Positions 45,679 to 55,054 of a DNA stretch of 64,000 bases are shown here, in pieces. Every line of letters begins with the position of its first letter. Positions within the stretch are counted from its first letter, which is position 1. The notes below the pieces were generated by a model, which did no database searches, was not told the origin of the DNA, and was given only the letters and a program-made list of their open reading frames with translations. The translations under genes were made by a program, and so were the position numbers. Source of the DNA: Candidatus Magasanikiibacteriota bacterium (GTDB lineage Bacteria; Patescibacteriota; Patescibacteriia; Magasanikbacterales; GWA2-37-8); contig JBAYNU010000003.1 of NCBI GenBank assembly GCA_041678665.1, forward strand, positions 12,008 to 76,007. The letters run 5' to 3'.

Positions 45679-47001
45679 ATGAATAAAAAAGCCTGGGTAG
45701 TAACGGTGGATATGGGTTACGGCCATCAGCGCGCCGCTTTTCCTTTGCGCCACCTTTCGCCTTCGGGCAAGGTAATTGTTGCCAATAATTACGCTGGTAT
45801 TCCCGAGCATGATCGGCGGATTTGGGAATCTTCGCGTAAGTTTTACGAATTTGTTTCTCGCTTTACCAATATTCCGTTAATTGGTCGGTATATTTTTAAT
45901 ACTTACGATAAATTACAAAAAATTCCGGAATTTTATCCGCGTCGCGATATTTCTAATTCCAATTTACAAGTGCGGCAAATGTATCGTCTGATAAAAAATG
46001 GCTGGGGTAAAAATTTGATTGAATATTTAAACAGCGAAGATATTCCTCTTATTACTACTTTTTTTACGGTAGCTTTTTTTGCCGAGGAACATAAATTCAA
46101 AAATGATATTTATTGTGTGCTTTGTGATGCTGATGTTTCGCGCGCTTGGGTAGGGCTTTATCCACATCATAGTCGTATTAAATATTTGGCTCCTTGCCGG
46201 CGGGTGGTGGAGCGTCTCAAACTCTATGGGGTCAAGCCGGAAAATATTTTTCTTACTGGTTTTCCTTTGCCCGAAGAAAATTTGGGATCGAATTTAGAAA
46301 TTTTAAAAAATGATTTAGCCGAGCGGATTATCAATTTGGATCCGGAGCATCGTTATCGTCATAAATATGGTGAAACTGTTAAACATTTTTTGGAGAGTAT
46401 TAAAATTAATGATCATCACCATCATCCTCTCACTCTTACTTTTGCAGTCGGGGGAGCCGGCGCTCAGCGTAATTTAGCTTCCAATATTTTGTATAGTTTG
46501 CGGAAAAAATTATTAAAACAGGAAATCAATCTCAATTTGATTGCCGGCGTGCGCAACGATGTCTATATTTATTTTAAGGATCAAATTGCGCGTTTAAAAC
46601 TAGGAAAAGTTTTTGGTGAAAATTTAAATATTCTTTTTTCGGTAGATAAAGAGGATTATTTTTCCAAACTAAATTTTTGTTTGCGCACTACTGATATGTT
46701 TTGGACTAAACCCAGTGAGCTGGTGTTTTATAGCGCTTTAGGGCTTCCTATCGTAATGGCGCCATCGGTGGGGTCGCAGGAAGACTATAATCGGCTATGG
46801 CTCAAGACTATAGGGGCGGGAATTTCGCAAAATAACCCCCGTTATACGCATGAATGGCTGTTTGATTGGATTAACTCCGGTTGGCTCGCCGAAGCCGCTA
46901 TGGCAGGCTTTTTGGATGGTAGGCAATGGGGGGTGCATAATATTGAAGAAGTGGTTTTTTGTGGCGTCAAAGAACCAGCCAAAAATCACCAACTGTTGTA
47001 A
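45679..47001 (+). CDS. GT-B glycosyltransferase-like (MGDG synthase/UgtP-related)
   Basis: MGYGHQRAA, TGFP, GGAG, TKPSEL, QEDYN. Confidence 0.75.
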   Translation: MNKKAWVVTVDMGYGHQRAAFPLRHLSPSGKVIVANNYAGIPEHDRRIWESSRKFYEFVSRFTNIPLIGRYIFNTYDKLQKIPEFYPRRDISNSNLQVRQMYRLIKNGWGKNLIEYLNSEDIPLITTFFTVAFFAEEHKFKNDIYCVLCDADVSRAWVGLYPHHSRIKYLAPCRRVVERLKLYGVKPENIFLTGFPLPEENLGSNLEILKNDLAERIINLDPEHRYRHKYGETVKHFLESIKINDHHHHPLTLTFAVGGAGAQRNLASNILYSLRKKLLKQEINLNLIAGVRNDVYIYFKDQIARLKLGKVFGENLNILFSVDKEDYFSKLNFCLRTTDMFWTKPSELVFYSALGLPIVMAPSVGSQEDYNRLWLKTIGAGISQNNPRYTHEWLFDWINSGWLAEAAMAGFLDGRQWGVHNIEEVVFCGVKEPAKNHQLL

Positions 47002-47008
47002 GAATTAT

Positions 47009-47056
47009 GAACAAATTAAAATCACCACCTTATAGGTGGTGATTTTAATTTGTTCA
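47009..47056. terminator. Perfect palindrome/terminator, host side of island-2 attachment site
   Basis: tgaacaaattaaaatcaccacct-tat-aggtggtgattttaatttgttca. Confidence 0.75.
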
Positions 47057-47162
47057 CTACTTTTGAAAAAATACGAACCGATTTTACCGAAAATTAATTG
47101 GGCGGGCGGAAGGAAGGGGTGTGGGGAGGGAATTCCGCCCGCCCACCGTGGCCCTGTTCGGA
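47051..47162 (+). repeat. 112-bp arm, inverted copy at 50777-50888
   Basis: Manual comparison shows exact reverse-complement identity; contains hairpin gggcgggcggaa...ttccgcccgccc. Confidence 0.93.
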
Positions 47163-47196
47163 CTGACGATTTCAAGTTTTTCACGAGATACCGTAG

Positions 47197-47898
47197 TTAT
47201 TTTTTTCCTGTATTTTTGAAACTTTTGAAAAAGTCACGAAATTTGATAATTTTTGGTGCCATGTCGTGGTTAATAGAAAAAATGGCATGTGTAAATATAT
47301 TTGTAAGCTCAGCACGGTTAGATATCTCATTCTTCCAATCTTCACACCATTCTTTAAATTCTTTTTTGCTTTTTTTGATCGGCCTATTCTGCGGTCTTAA
47401 ATAGTGATCAAAATTAATATTATAATATAATTTATGTGTCAGAGTATTTCTTTCCTCAATAATTTTTTTGAGGTTCTTATTTGTCTCGAATTTTTTTATC
47501 GTGGATAACAACTTCGCTTGTTTAATAAAAGGATGATTAATAACATTTTTGATGTTTATATCATTTCCATTATAATTCAGTGGTAATATTTCATTCAAAA
47601 ATAACAACATCTTTTCTCTAAAACAATAAGCACGAAAACAGTAGTTCTCATAATGATAAACAAAATTAACGAGAGCATCGAATACATCTGGTGGGTGAGG
47701 GACAAAGCCGTTGCGCGTGTGTATTGATTTAATATTGAAAATACAAATTTGCGCACCGTGTTGCACTTGTTTATTAGTATAAACCAGCGTGTTCATCATC
47801 CTAATCATTTCTTTTAAACACTCCTTTGCCTTTGTATTTCTCGGAAAGTATTTTTTTGGAATATCTTGAATATGTATACAGTTGCTTTTTTTGGCCAT
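47197..47898 (-). CDS. HEPN-domain protein (Cthe_2314-like)
   Basis: YENY..R....REK and RNTLTH (Rx4H) motifs. Confidence 0.8.
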   Translation of the reverse strand: MAKKSNCIHIQDIPKKYFPRNTKAKECLKEMIRMMNTLVYTNKQVQHGAQICIFNIKSIHTRNGFVPHPPDVFDALVNFVYHYENYCFRAYCFREKMLLFLNEILPLNYNGNDINIKNVINHPFIKQAKLLSTIKKFETNKNLKKIIEERNTLTHKLYYNINFDHYLRPQNRPIKKSKKEFKEWCEDWKNEISNRAELTNIFTHAIFSINHDMAPKIIKFRDFFKSFKNTGKK

Positions 47899-47907
47899 AT
47901 ATTCAAT

Positions 47908-48702
47908 CTATTTGATTATAAACTTACCAGCTTTCACAAGTTTTATGCTATTATAATCGTTTACATCTTCAAATTTAAACTCCCAAATTGAATAGATATT
48001 TTCTTTGTCATCTTTATCAAAAAATAACGTGACGACCCTCTTTTTTGTATGTATTTGCCATTGTCTAAATGGATAGTATAGCTGGCGAATAATTACATTA
48101 TTTGCACTAAAATTTTTTGCTTCGATTAAAACTATTTGATCTTTGCCTTCGTAACCAGCATCAACTTCGGTCTGCACACTGGACACTTTAATTAACTGCT
48201 TGCCAACATAAAATTCGAAATCCGGTGTGTACTTCCGCCCTCGAATAGTAAGTACTAAACTTGGATCATCCATAAATGTTCGTATCAAACTTGCTGCATA
48301 GGCGTAATCCAAGTGTTGCATTTCAGAATTACCAATAAAAGATGAGTCAAGATGAAAGTTCAACTTACTATCGTAGATAGTAACACCAGTTTTAATTTTT
48401 GGTATACTAACATATCCCTCACCTTTAATAATGTCGTAATAGCCATTTTTTGTTGGTAATAAAAATAAACCGTTGTCTCTAAAAATTTTAGGACGATCTT
48501 CTCTGGTGTCTTGTTTACATAGAATACGCACCTCCTTTTCTGCTGTCTCCTTAAATCTTTGACAAGATTTTTTAATTTGGCCGGCCGATAACGGAAATGG
48601 CCCCTTATTAAAATTGTGCTTGATAATATCGTAGTCCTTAAATATTTTTTCCCAAGAACGAGAGTTTGCCATATTTTTATAGTAATCCTTTTTTAATGTC
48701 AT
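47908..48702 (-). CDS. Type II restriction endonuclease-like (PD-(D/E)XK)
   Basis: QTEVDAGYE..LIEAK..RQLYYPFR; overlaps MTase. Confidence 0.8.
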   Translation of the reverse strand: MTLKKDYYKNMANSRSWEKIFKDYDIIKHNFNKGPFPLSAGQIKKSCQRFKETAEKEVRILCKQDTREDRPKIFRDNGLFLLPTKNGYYDIIKGEGYVSIPKIKTGVTIYDSKLNFHLDSSFIGNSEMQHLDYAYAASLIRTFMDDPSLVLTIRGRKYTPDFEFYVGKQLIKVSSVQTEVDAGYEGKDQIVLIEAKNFSANNVIIRQLYYPFRQWQIHTKKRVVTLFFDKDDKENIYSIWEFKFEDVNDYNSIKLVKAGKFIIK

Positions 48703-49468
48703 TATAACGTTTGATAGATAAATCCAAATATTTTTTTTCTAAATCAATGCCGACAAACTTTCGGCCATTCAGTACGGCCGCCAATCCGGTAGTTGATGAG
48801 CCAGTAAAAGGATCTAATACAATATCTCCTTTATCAGTACTGGCCATAATAATACGTACAAGCAAATCAATTGGTTTTTGTGTAGGATGTTTGCCGTGAA
48901 TTTTTTCTTCTTTTTTGGGAGGATAAATAGCCCAAACGCTGCGCATTTGTAAATTTGGCTTTTTAATAAAATCCTCCGGCCAACTGCCGTTTTTCATGTC
49001 GTGATAATTGAACTTATGTTTTGCTTTTTTATCTTTGCGGGCCCAAATAAGCGTTTCATGGCTGGCGGTGAAAAATCGGCAACTTAAATTTGGCGAAGCA
49101 TTTGGTTTAAACCACGCAATATCGTTCAAAATGTGAAATTTTTCTGCTTGTAAAGCGAATCCACATTGGTAAATTGAGTGATAGGTTCCGCTGACCCAAA
49201 TAGTGCCGCTGGGTTTTAAAACTCGTTGGCACGCCCTGATCCAAGATAGTTGGAATTCAAAATCTTTTTTCAGACCATTACTCACATCCCATTCGCCTTT
49301 ATTTACACTTACCATTTTTCCGGCGTGTAGTGTAAAACCGCCGTTCGACAACAAATAAGGTGGATCGGCAAAGATCATGTCCACATAATTTTCCGGCAAC
49401 TTCGCTAAATAATCTATGCAGTTAGCGTGATATAATTTAAAATTTTGTCCAGAAAAATATGGCTTCAT
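48677..49468 (-). CDS. N6A/N4C DNA methyltransferase (beta class, DpnA-like)
   Basis: IFADPPYLLSNGG, HPTQKP, LDPFTGSSTT. Confidence 0.93.
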   Translation of the reverse strand: MKPYFSGQNFKLYHANCIDYLAKLPENYVDMIFADPPYLLSNGGFTLHAGKMVSVNKGEWDVSNGLKKDFEFQLSWIRACQRVLKPSGTIWVSGTYHSIYQCGFALQAEKFHILNDIAWFKPNASPNLSCRFFTASHETLIWARKDKKAKHKFNYHDMKNGSWPEDFIKKPNLQMRSVWAIYPPKKEEKIHGKHPTQKPIDLLVRIIMASTDKGDIVLDPFTGSSTTGLAAVLNGRKFVGIDLEKKYLDLSIKRYNDIKKGLL

Positions 49469-49471
49469 AAC

Positions 49472-50392
49472 TTATTTAAAAAGTTTTTCGTGTATCTGCT
49501 TTACTAAAAATATGGCATAATCGATATCGTTTGCCGTTGTTATCGTGGTCATGCAATTGCGACCGTAACCGCGTTCTTCCCATGGCGTATCGACAACCTT
49601 GTTTTCAGGGTCTTTTAAGTCCTTTTTTTCGACGCGCACTAAACACAGATCCAATTTAGATTTGTATATATTAATCGCACATAGATTGTTTGTTCCGATT
49701 TTAAAAGCGACATAATTGCGATTAATTTTTATAATTATGCGACTATCTATACTCATGATTCTTTCCTTGATGTCATCGTAGATATTCGCGGAATTGTGCC
49801 AATCACTTTTGATCAAATCATCAATGGTGTATTTTTTAATTTCTTTACCAACATTTTCGATAGTTTTATTTTTAGAAACTGTTTTTATTGATTCACTTGT
49901 ATCGGGCGACTTCAATTGATTGAAAAGCACCAAATCATTGCTAAATTTTTTCACCTCCCACAATTCAATTGGCAAATCTTTAAAATTTATTGCATTCTGT
50001 TGGTAAGTAGTAAAAGAATTTGCTAAAAATAAGACCCTTGATTGTGACCAGTCAACATCCTCTCTTTTTAAACTCTTCCCTGTCTTTTCATTATATTCTA
50101 ATATAAAATCTGCTTTATTGTTTAACATCAAGGATAGGTAGGCATATCCCTGATCGATTACACTGAAACTCCTATCGCGTTTGAATTCTATTATTACGAA
50201 TGAATTGTTTTCTTCGTCAAAAGCCAATGTATCAATGCGGAAGTTATGTAAACTAAATTCAGAGCTAATAAATTTTACATCAAATACCAGCTCCAAATTG
50301 ATTTCGGTCAAATTTTGTATATCTTTTTCTAAATCTATTTGTAATTCTTTTACGGTTACTAATTTTTGATTTTCAATTTTAAAAATTGACAT
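49472..50392 (-). CDS. NucS-like PD-(D/E)XK nuclease + DUF5655-like domain
   Basis: EKDIQ, RIDTLAFD..VIIEFKR, QGYAY; C-terminal YVAFK...LKDP. Confidence 0.8.
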   Translation of the reverse strand: MSIFKIENQKLVTVKELQIDLEKDIQNLTEINLELVFDVKFISSEFSLHNFRIDTLAFDEENNSFVIIEFKRDRSFSVIDQGYAYLSLMLNNKADFILEYNEKTGKSLKREDVDWSQSRVLFLANSFTTYQQNAINFKDLPIELWEVKKFSNDLVLFNQLKSPDTSESIKTVSKNKTIENVGKEIKKYTIDDLIKSDWHNSANIYDDIKERIMSIDSRIIIKINRNYVAFKIGTNNLCAINIYKSKLDLCLVRVEKKDLKDPENKVVDTPWEERGYGRNCMTTITTANDIDYAIFLVKQIHEKLFK

Positions 50393-50396
50393 AAAA

Positions 50397-50621
50397 TTAT
50401 TTTATCAATTCATCAATACTTATTTCCAATCCCGCGGCGATTTTAACCACGGTTTGTATTGATGGCTTGGTAATGACATTTGATTCAATCTTTGTCAGTG
50501 TGGCATAGGGGATATCACATTTGCGAGCCAATTTATCCTGTGTTAATCCTTGTTTTAATCGCAATTTTTGGATTTTGTCCCCAATGGTCTCGCCTTGCTT
50601 TTTACTTTTTCCACTATCCAT
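50397..50621 (-). CDS. XRE/Cro-C1 HTH regulator (controller-protein-like)
   Basis: IQKLRLKQGLTQDKLA..IES..PSIQT; start ATG 50621, longer ORF runs through repeat DNA. Confidence 0.88.
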   Translation of the reverse strand: MDSGKSKKQGETIGDKIQKLRLKQGLTQDKLARKCDIPYATLTKIESNVITKPSIQTVVKIAAGLEISIDELIK

Positions 50622-50776
50622 AGTATAATAGTATAGTTCGGAAAGTATATGTCGGTTCCCAACTGTGTATATTTTACCACGGTTCGCCAAACCAATCAAT
50701 ATCGAAAAGAAAAGTTTGCTTTTGGCCAAAACAAAGTTCGAGCCGACATTTTTACGGGTTCTTTGGCGGTTTTTTA

Positions 50777-50955
50777 TCCGAACAGGGCCACGGTGGGCGG
50801 GCGGAATTCCCTCCCCACACCCCTTCCTTCCGCCCGCCCAATTAATTTTCGGTAAAATCGGTTCGTATTTTTTCAAAAGTAGTGAACAACGTTGGACAGG
50901 TCGGGTTTTCGGCCAAAATTCGCCAGCCCCTTTTCGCTAAAAATTCGATTTTTTT
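50777..50955 (-). repeat. Internal inverted intact attP copy
   Basis: 50777-50888 = reverse complement of 47051-47162; 50884-50955 = reverse complement of 52382-52453; fused at the GAACAA core. Confidence 0.9.
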
Positions 50956-51013
50956 ACCTTGTCGTGGACACACGACGCCAAAAGCAAACTTTTCTTTTTT
51001 AATCGTTTATCGT

Positions 51014-52462
51014 ATGGCCAAATATATTCTCTACGCTCGCAAATCCACCGATGAGGAAGAAAGACAAGTATTGTCCATTGAAGCCCAACTGGCCGAGTTG
51101 CGCGAATTCGCCCAAAAGGAAAAACTTGAAATCGTCGCCTCGCTGTGCGAGGCAAAAACCGCCAAAGAACCCGGCCGAACCGTGTTCGGCGAAATGTTAT
51201 CCCGGATTTCCGCCGGTGAAGCCGATGGTATTTTGGCTTGGCATCCCGACCGCCTTGCTCGCAATCCAATAGACGGCGGGCAAGTGGTATATATGGTGGA
51301 CACGGGTAAAATAAATTCCCTCAAATTTCCGACTTTTTGGTTCGAAAACACTCCGCAGGGTAAATTTATGCTTAACATTGCTTTTGGCCAAAGTAAATAT
51401 TTCATAGATAACTTAAGCGAGAATATTAAACGAGGGCTAAGGCAAAAACTGCGCAGGGGTGAATGGCCCAGTTATGCTCCCGTTGGATATTTAAATGATC
51501 CCATCAGTAGAAATATTATCGTGGATAAAACCAAAAGCAATTATGTTAAGCAATTATTTGAAATGTACGCGACCGGAGAATACACTCTTTTGCAACTAAA
51601 AGAATATTTTGAAAAAGCGGGATTGGTAAGTCAAACAGGAAAAGTGTTGAGAGTTAGTAATATCCAGTATATTCTCCAGCGTTCAATTTACTGCGGAGTG
51701 TTTAAATATGGCGGCGAAATGTACGAAGGCAAACACGAGCCAATAATCACCAAGAAACTTTTTGACGATGTGCAAGCAGTTATGCGGAACAAAGGGCGAC
51801 CACACAATAAGAAAAATCATGAATATATCTTTGCCAGCAATCTGTTCAATTGTTCCTGTGGCTGTTGCATAACTGCTGAACGACAAAAGGGCCATGTGTA
51901 TTACCGCTGTACCAAAAAGAAAGGGCCCTGCGATGAAAAATATATCCGCGAGGAACTGTTGACCACGGAATTGCAGGCCCTTTTGCAAAAAGTTTCTTTG
52001 TCCGATGATTGGGCCGAAAAAATGCTCGAAATGTTGGATAATGAGAAACAAACCAAGGCCCAATCATCGTCTGCCCTTGTTCAATCGTTAGAGAGCCAAT
52101 TAGAGGCCGTAAAACAGAAGCTGGATAAACTGCTCGACGCCCATTTGGAGGGTACGATAGACAAAGCCATCTACCTCAAAAAGAAAGAGCAGTTTATCTC
52201 GCTGAAAGTCACCCTTGAAGAGCAAATTAAAGAAATTTTGAACAAGGGCACCAATTGGCTCGAACCGATGAGGGAATTTATTTTATCCAGTTGTAGAGCC
52301 AAAAAAATCGCCTTCAAAGGCGATCTGGCGGAAATCCGTACATTTCTCAAAAATGTCGGCTCGAACTTTGTTTTGAAAGGCAAAAAAATCGAATTTTTAG
52401 CGAAAAGGGGCTGGCGAATTTTGGCCGAAAACCCGACCTGTCCAACGTTGTTCCGAGACTAG
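51014..52462 (+). CDS. Large serine recombinase
   Basis: YARKST, DRLARN, APVGY, GKHEPII, CSCG/YYRC; start ATG 51014; stop inside tRNA-Gln. Confidence 0.95.
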   Translation: MAKYILYARKSTDEEERQVLSIEAQLAELREFAQKEKLEIVASLCEAKTAKEPGRTVFGEMLSRISAGEADGILAWHPDRLARNPIDGGQVVYMVDTGKINSLKFPTFWFENTPQGKFMLNIAFGQSKYFIDNLSENIKRGLRQKLRRGEWPSYAPVGYLNDPISRNIIVDKTKSNYVKQLFEMYATGEYTLLQLKEYFEKAGLVSQTGKVLRVSNIQYILQRSIYCGVFKYGGEMYEGKHEPIITKKLFDDVQAVMRNKGRPHNKKNHEYIFASNLFNCSCGCCITAERQKGHVYYRCTKKKGPCDEKYIREELLTTELQALLQKVSLSDDWAEKMLEMLDNEKQTKAQSSSALVQSLESQLEAVKQKLDKLLDAHLEGTIDKAIYLKKKEQFISLKVTLEEQIKEILNKGTNWLEPMREFILSSCRAKKIAFKGDLAEIRTFLKNVGSNFVLKGKKIEFLAKRGWRILAENPTCPTLFRD

Positions 52463-52521
52463 GATTCGAACCTAGATAACGAGATTCAGAGTCTCGTGTC
52501 CTACCATTAGACGATCTCGGA
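52451..52521 (-). tRNA. tRNA-Gln(CTG), integration site of island 2
   Basis: Reverse complement tccgaga..cgaga-ctCTGaa-tctcg..ggttcgaatcc..tctcgga. Confidence 0.92.
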
Positions 52522-52524
52522 GTT

Positions 52525-53352
52525 CTAATCTTTTATTCTCGTTGTGCTTAGTGGTATGGATTCCAGCCATTCTTTACTTACAATTCGCACCCAATTCCAT
52601 TGCCATTTGTGATTTTTAAAAACTTGTGGATTGTTAATGCCATACCTATTTCCATATTGTAAATAGTAGACACCTTTTTCGCCAGCCAATCTTACTAGTT
52701 TAGGCGCCGTGAACAATACCCGTGCTGGGCCATCCGCTTTGCCGGTTTTGTGATTAAAATCGTGTAAACTGCTGGTGATAATATCATATTTGTAGCGATA
52801 GTCAATACCCGACTTGTGATTGCCCGGGTCATCGACAATAAATTCTTTCTTAATGTCATCAAATCCGGTAATAGGCATAACATGATAATACGAGCCCCCG
52901 CGTCGCCAAGGAATATTGGGATTTTTAAGATCGTAACCATAGTGGAATGAAATTACCGGGCGGTCGGATTTTAATTCATTCAAAATATCTTCTAATGTGG
53001 GATCATTTTTGATATAAGCCGAAAAGGAGGTGTAGTCGTTTATCAGTTTAGCGGTGCGGACGGCATCAGTATCGGCGTTATTGTTCCAAAGTTTTGTTTG
53101 GATACCAAACAATGGCCACATTAATTTTTTGGCTTCGGCGCGGGTGAGACGCGCTTTATGATTACCGGCATAAAATTGTTCTATCATTACAATCGCAGCT
53201 TCTTCGCAGGCGTTGTTCCATGGTTTTATCCAGCTACCATCGGGGATTTCGGAAGTGTAGGGGACTCCTAAATTAACCACTGTGGATGTAGTATTAGCCC
53301 AAGCGATAGCGGGTAAAAGTAAACAAAAGAGAGTGGTGACCAACGTTCTCAT
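52525..53352 (-). CDS. Exported C39-like cysteine peptidase
   Basis: Signal peptide, NACEEAA, YHVMPITGFD, VDDPG. Confidence 0.8.
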   Translation of the reverse strand: MRTLVTTLFCLLLPAIAWANTTSTVVNLGVPYTSEIPDGSWIKPWNNACEEAAIVMIEQFYAGNHKARLTRAEAKKLMWPLFGIQTKLWNNNADTDAVRTAKLINDYTSFSAYIKNDPTLEDILNELKSDRPVISFHYGYDLKNPNIPWRRGGSYYHVMPITGFDDIKKEFIVDDPGNHKSGIDYRYKYDIITSSLHDFNHKTGKADGPARVLFTAPKLVRLAGEKGVYYLQYGNRYGINNPQVFKNHKWQWNWVRIVSKEWLESIPLSTTRIKD

Positions 53353-53354
53353 AT

Positions 53355-54959
53355 TTAATTACTTACTACTTTGCCGCCAAAATCGGCCGCCACATTATTT
53401 ATTGTTTGGTTATCAATAGTTTCGGTTTGAGGGGCATCTTCTTTCACGGTGCATGATAGCCAAATTTTCTCTCCACAAAGCTGGGTTAGGCAATCTTCAA
53501 TAGTTTTCTTGTTTTTTTTATCTTCAATTTTTTCTTTATGAAAAGAGTAGGGGACGGAAATGTTTAATAGGCCATTTGCAGTGGAACTAAGCTCACAGAG
53601 TTTAAGTACAAAGGTAAGCGAATGGTTAGAGGCGTCTAATTTTTTTATGACCTCGTCCCATTTAGGTTTTATTTCTTCCAAGGGTATTTTTATTTCATGG
53701 TGCGGGTGGGTGATGGCGGAAAAAGCGGATTTAATGGAAGAGGCAATAGTTTTTTTTTCGGTTAAGCCTTCGTCTGTCATCTTGAGTGGGCGTCCCAAAG
53801 GGGTCTTTTCGGGGAAAGATTCCTTATTGTCGGATTCTTTTACTTTTTCATTATGATAATCCGAACCGTTGTTGCCGGCACCGCCCATCTCCACCGCTAA
53901 GAGTTCCAAAGGCAATTGGGGAATTGGAGCGGATTTTATTTCTTGTTTGCGGACAAGCGCTTTGTCAATGAAGCGAATAATTTTATCAGTCGGTATATTA
54001 TCCGCTAATTTTTTTAGTTTTTTTATTGTTTCTTGATTGTAATCGGTATTGGTTAAATTTTGTCCGCTTTGGGTAATCATGATTGTTCTTAGCGCTTCAA
54101 TTAAATTGTGCGCGAATTGATCCAAATTAGCCCCGTCATTTATAGCTGTGTTTACAATCATAATTGCTTCGGCCGGGCTATTGTTCAAAGTTTTTTCTAT
54201 GTAGTTTATTACCGTAATCGAATCCACGCTCGGCAATACCAATTCAGCATCAGCGGTTTTAATTTCTTTTAAGTTTAGAGATAAAATTTGCCCAAGCAGT
54301 GATTCGGCGTCGCGTAGACAGCCGTCGCTTTTGTTGATTATTCTCTCCAATACCGCTTTTTCAACCTTAATATTTTCTTTTTGGCACACCATCTCTAGCC
54401 GCATCATCATTTGGTCGAAAGGAATTCTTTGAAAAGTAAAACGCTGGCATCGCGAAATGATGGTGGGCAAAATTTTGTGAATTTCGGTGGTGGCCAAAAT
54501 AAAGATCACATGCGCCGGTGGCTCCTCAATTGTTTTTAGAAGCGCATTAAAAGAGCTGGTGGAGAGCATGTGCACTTCGTCGATAATAAAAACTTTAAAT
54601 TTGGATTTGGTCGGTTTAAATTGGGCGTTTTCTACTATATTTTCGCGTACATTATCTACGCCTGTATGCGAGGCTGCGTCAATTTCAATCACGTCAATAT
54701 TGCGACTTTCGGAAATTTCTTTACACGAAGAACATTCGTTGCAGGGTTCAAACTGGTCCATGGTACGATTTTGGCAGTTTATTGCTTTTGCCAAAAGGCG
54801 CGCGATGGTGGTTTTGCCCGTGCCTCTGGGACCGGAGAAAAGATAAGAGTGCGTCACTTTATCGGTGGAGATTTCGTTTTCTAAGGTTTGAATTATATGT
54901 TCTTGTCCGGTAATGTCGGCAAAAACTTGTGGACGATATTTTCTATAGAGTGTCGGCAT
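53355..54959 (-). CDS. dnaX: DNA polymerase III subunit gamma/tau
   Basis: LYRKYRP, GPRGTGKTT, EIDAAS, IDEVHML, SRCQ. Confidence 0.97.
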   Translation of the reverse strand: MPTLYRKYRPQVFADITGQEHIIQTLENEISTDKVTHSYLFSGPRGTGKTTIARLLAKAINCQNRTMDQFEPCNECSSCKEISESRNIDVIEIDAASHTGVDNVRENIVENAQFKPTKSKFKVFIIDEVHMLSTSSFNALLKTIEEPPAHVIFILATTEIHKILPTIISRCQRFTFQRIPFDQMMMRLEMVCQKENIKVEKAVLERIINKSDGCLRDAESLLGQILSLNLKEIKTADAELVLPSVDSITVINYIEKTLNNSPAEAIMIVNTAINDGANLDQFAHNLIEALRTIMITQSGQNLTNTDYNQETIKKLKKLADNIPTDKIIRFIDKALVRKQEIKSAPIPQLPLELLAVEMGGAGNNGSDYHNEKVKESDNKESFPEKTPLGRPLKMTDEGLTEKKTIASSIKSAFSAITHPHHEIKIPLEEIKPKWDEVIKKLDASNHSLTFVLKLCELSSTANGLLNISVPYSFHKEKIEDKKNKKTIEDCLTQLCGEKIWLSCTVKEDAPQTETIDNQTINNVAADFGGKVVSN

Positions 54960-55054
54960 ACATTTTTGTCATTGTAAACCCCTAAAGGGGAGAAATAATT
55001 CCGGTGTATTAGGAATACAGGGTGATTGTTTGGTCACTTTATTTTTTGATAATC

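Larger units (their letters stand above)
47056..52453. mobile_element. Island 2: ~5.4 kb LSR-integrated defence island in tRNA-Gln(CTG)
   Basis: Direct core TTGTTC at 47050-47055 and 52448-52453; LSR ends inside tRNA; cargo HEPN, RM, nuclease, XRE. Confidence 0.9.

Noticed and set aside
47036-47404. 122-aa ORF sharing KKYEPILPKINWAGGRKG with the start of ORF 50397..50876
   Set aside because: The shared peptide is only a translation of the 112-bp inverted att arm; the real XRE gene starts at 50621
50882-51013. 44-aa N-terminal extension of the island-2 recombinase
   Set aside because: It translates the inverted attP copy; the family N-terminus (MAKYILYARKS) begins at 51014
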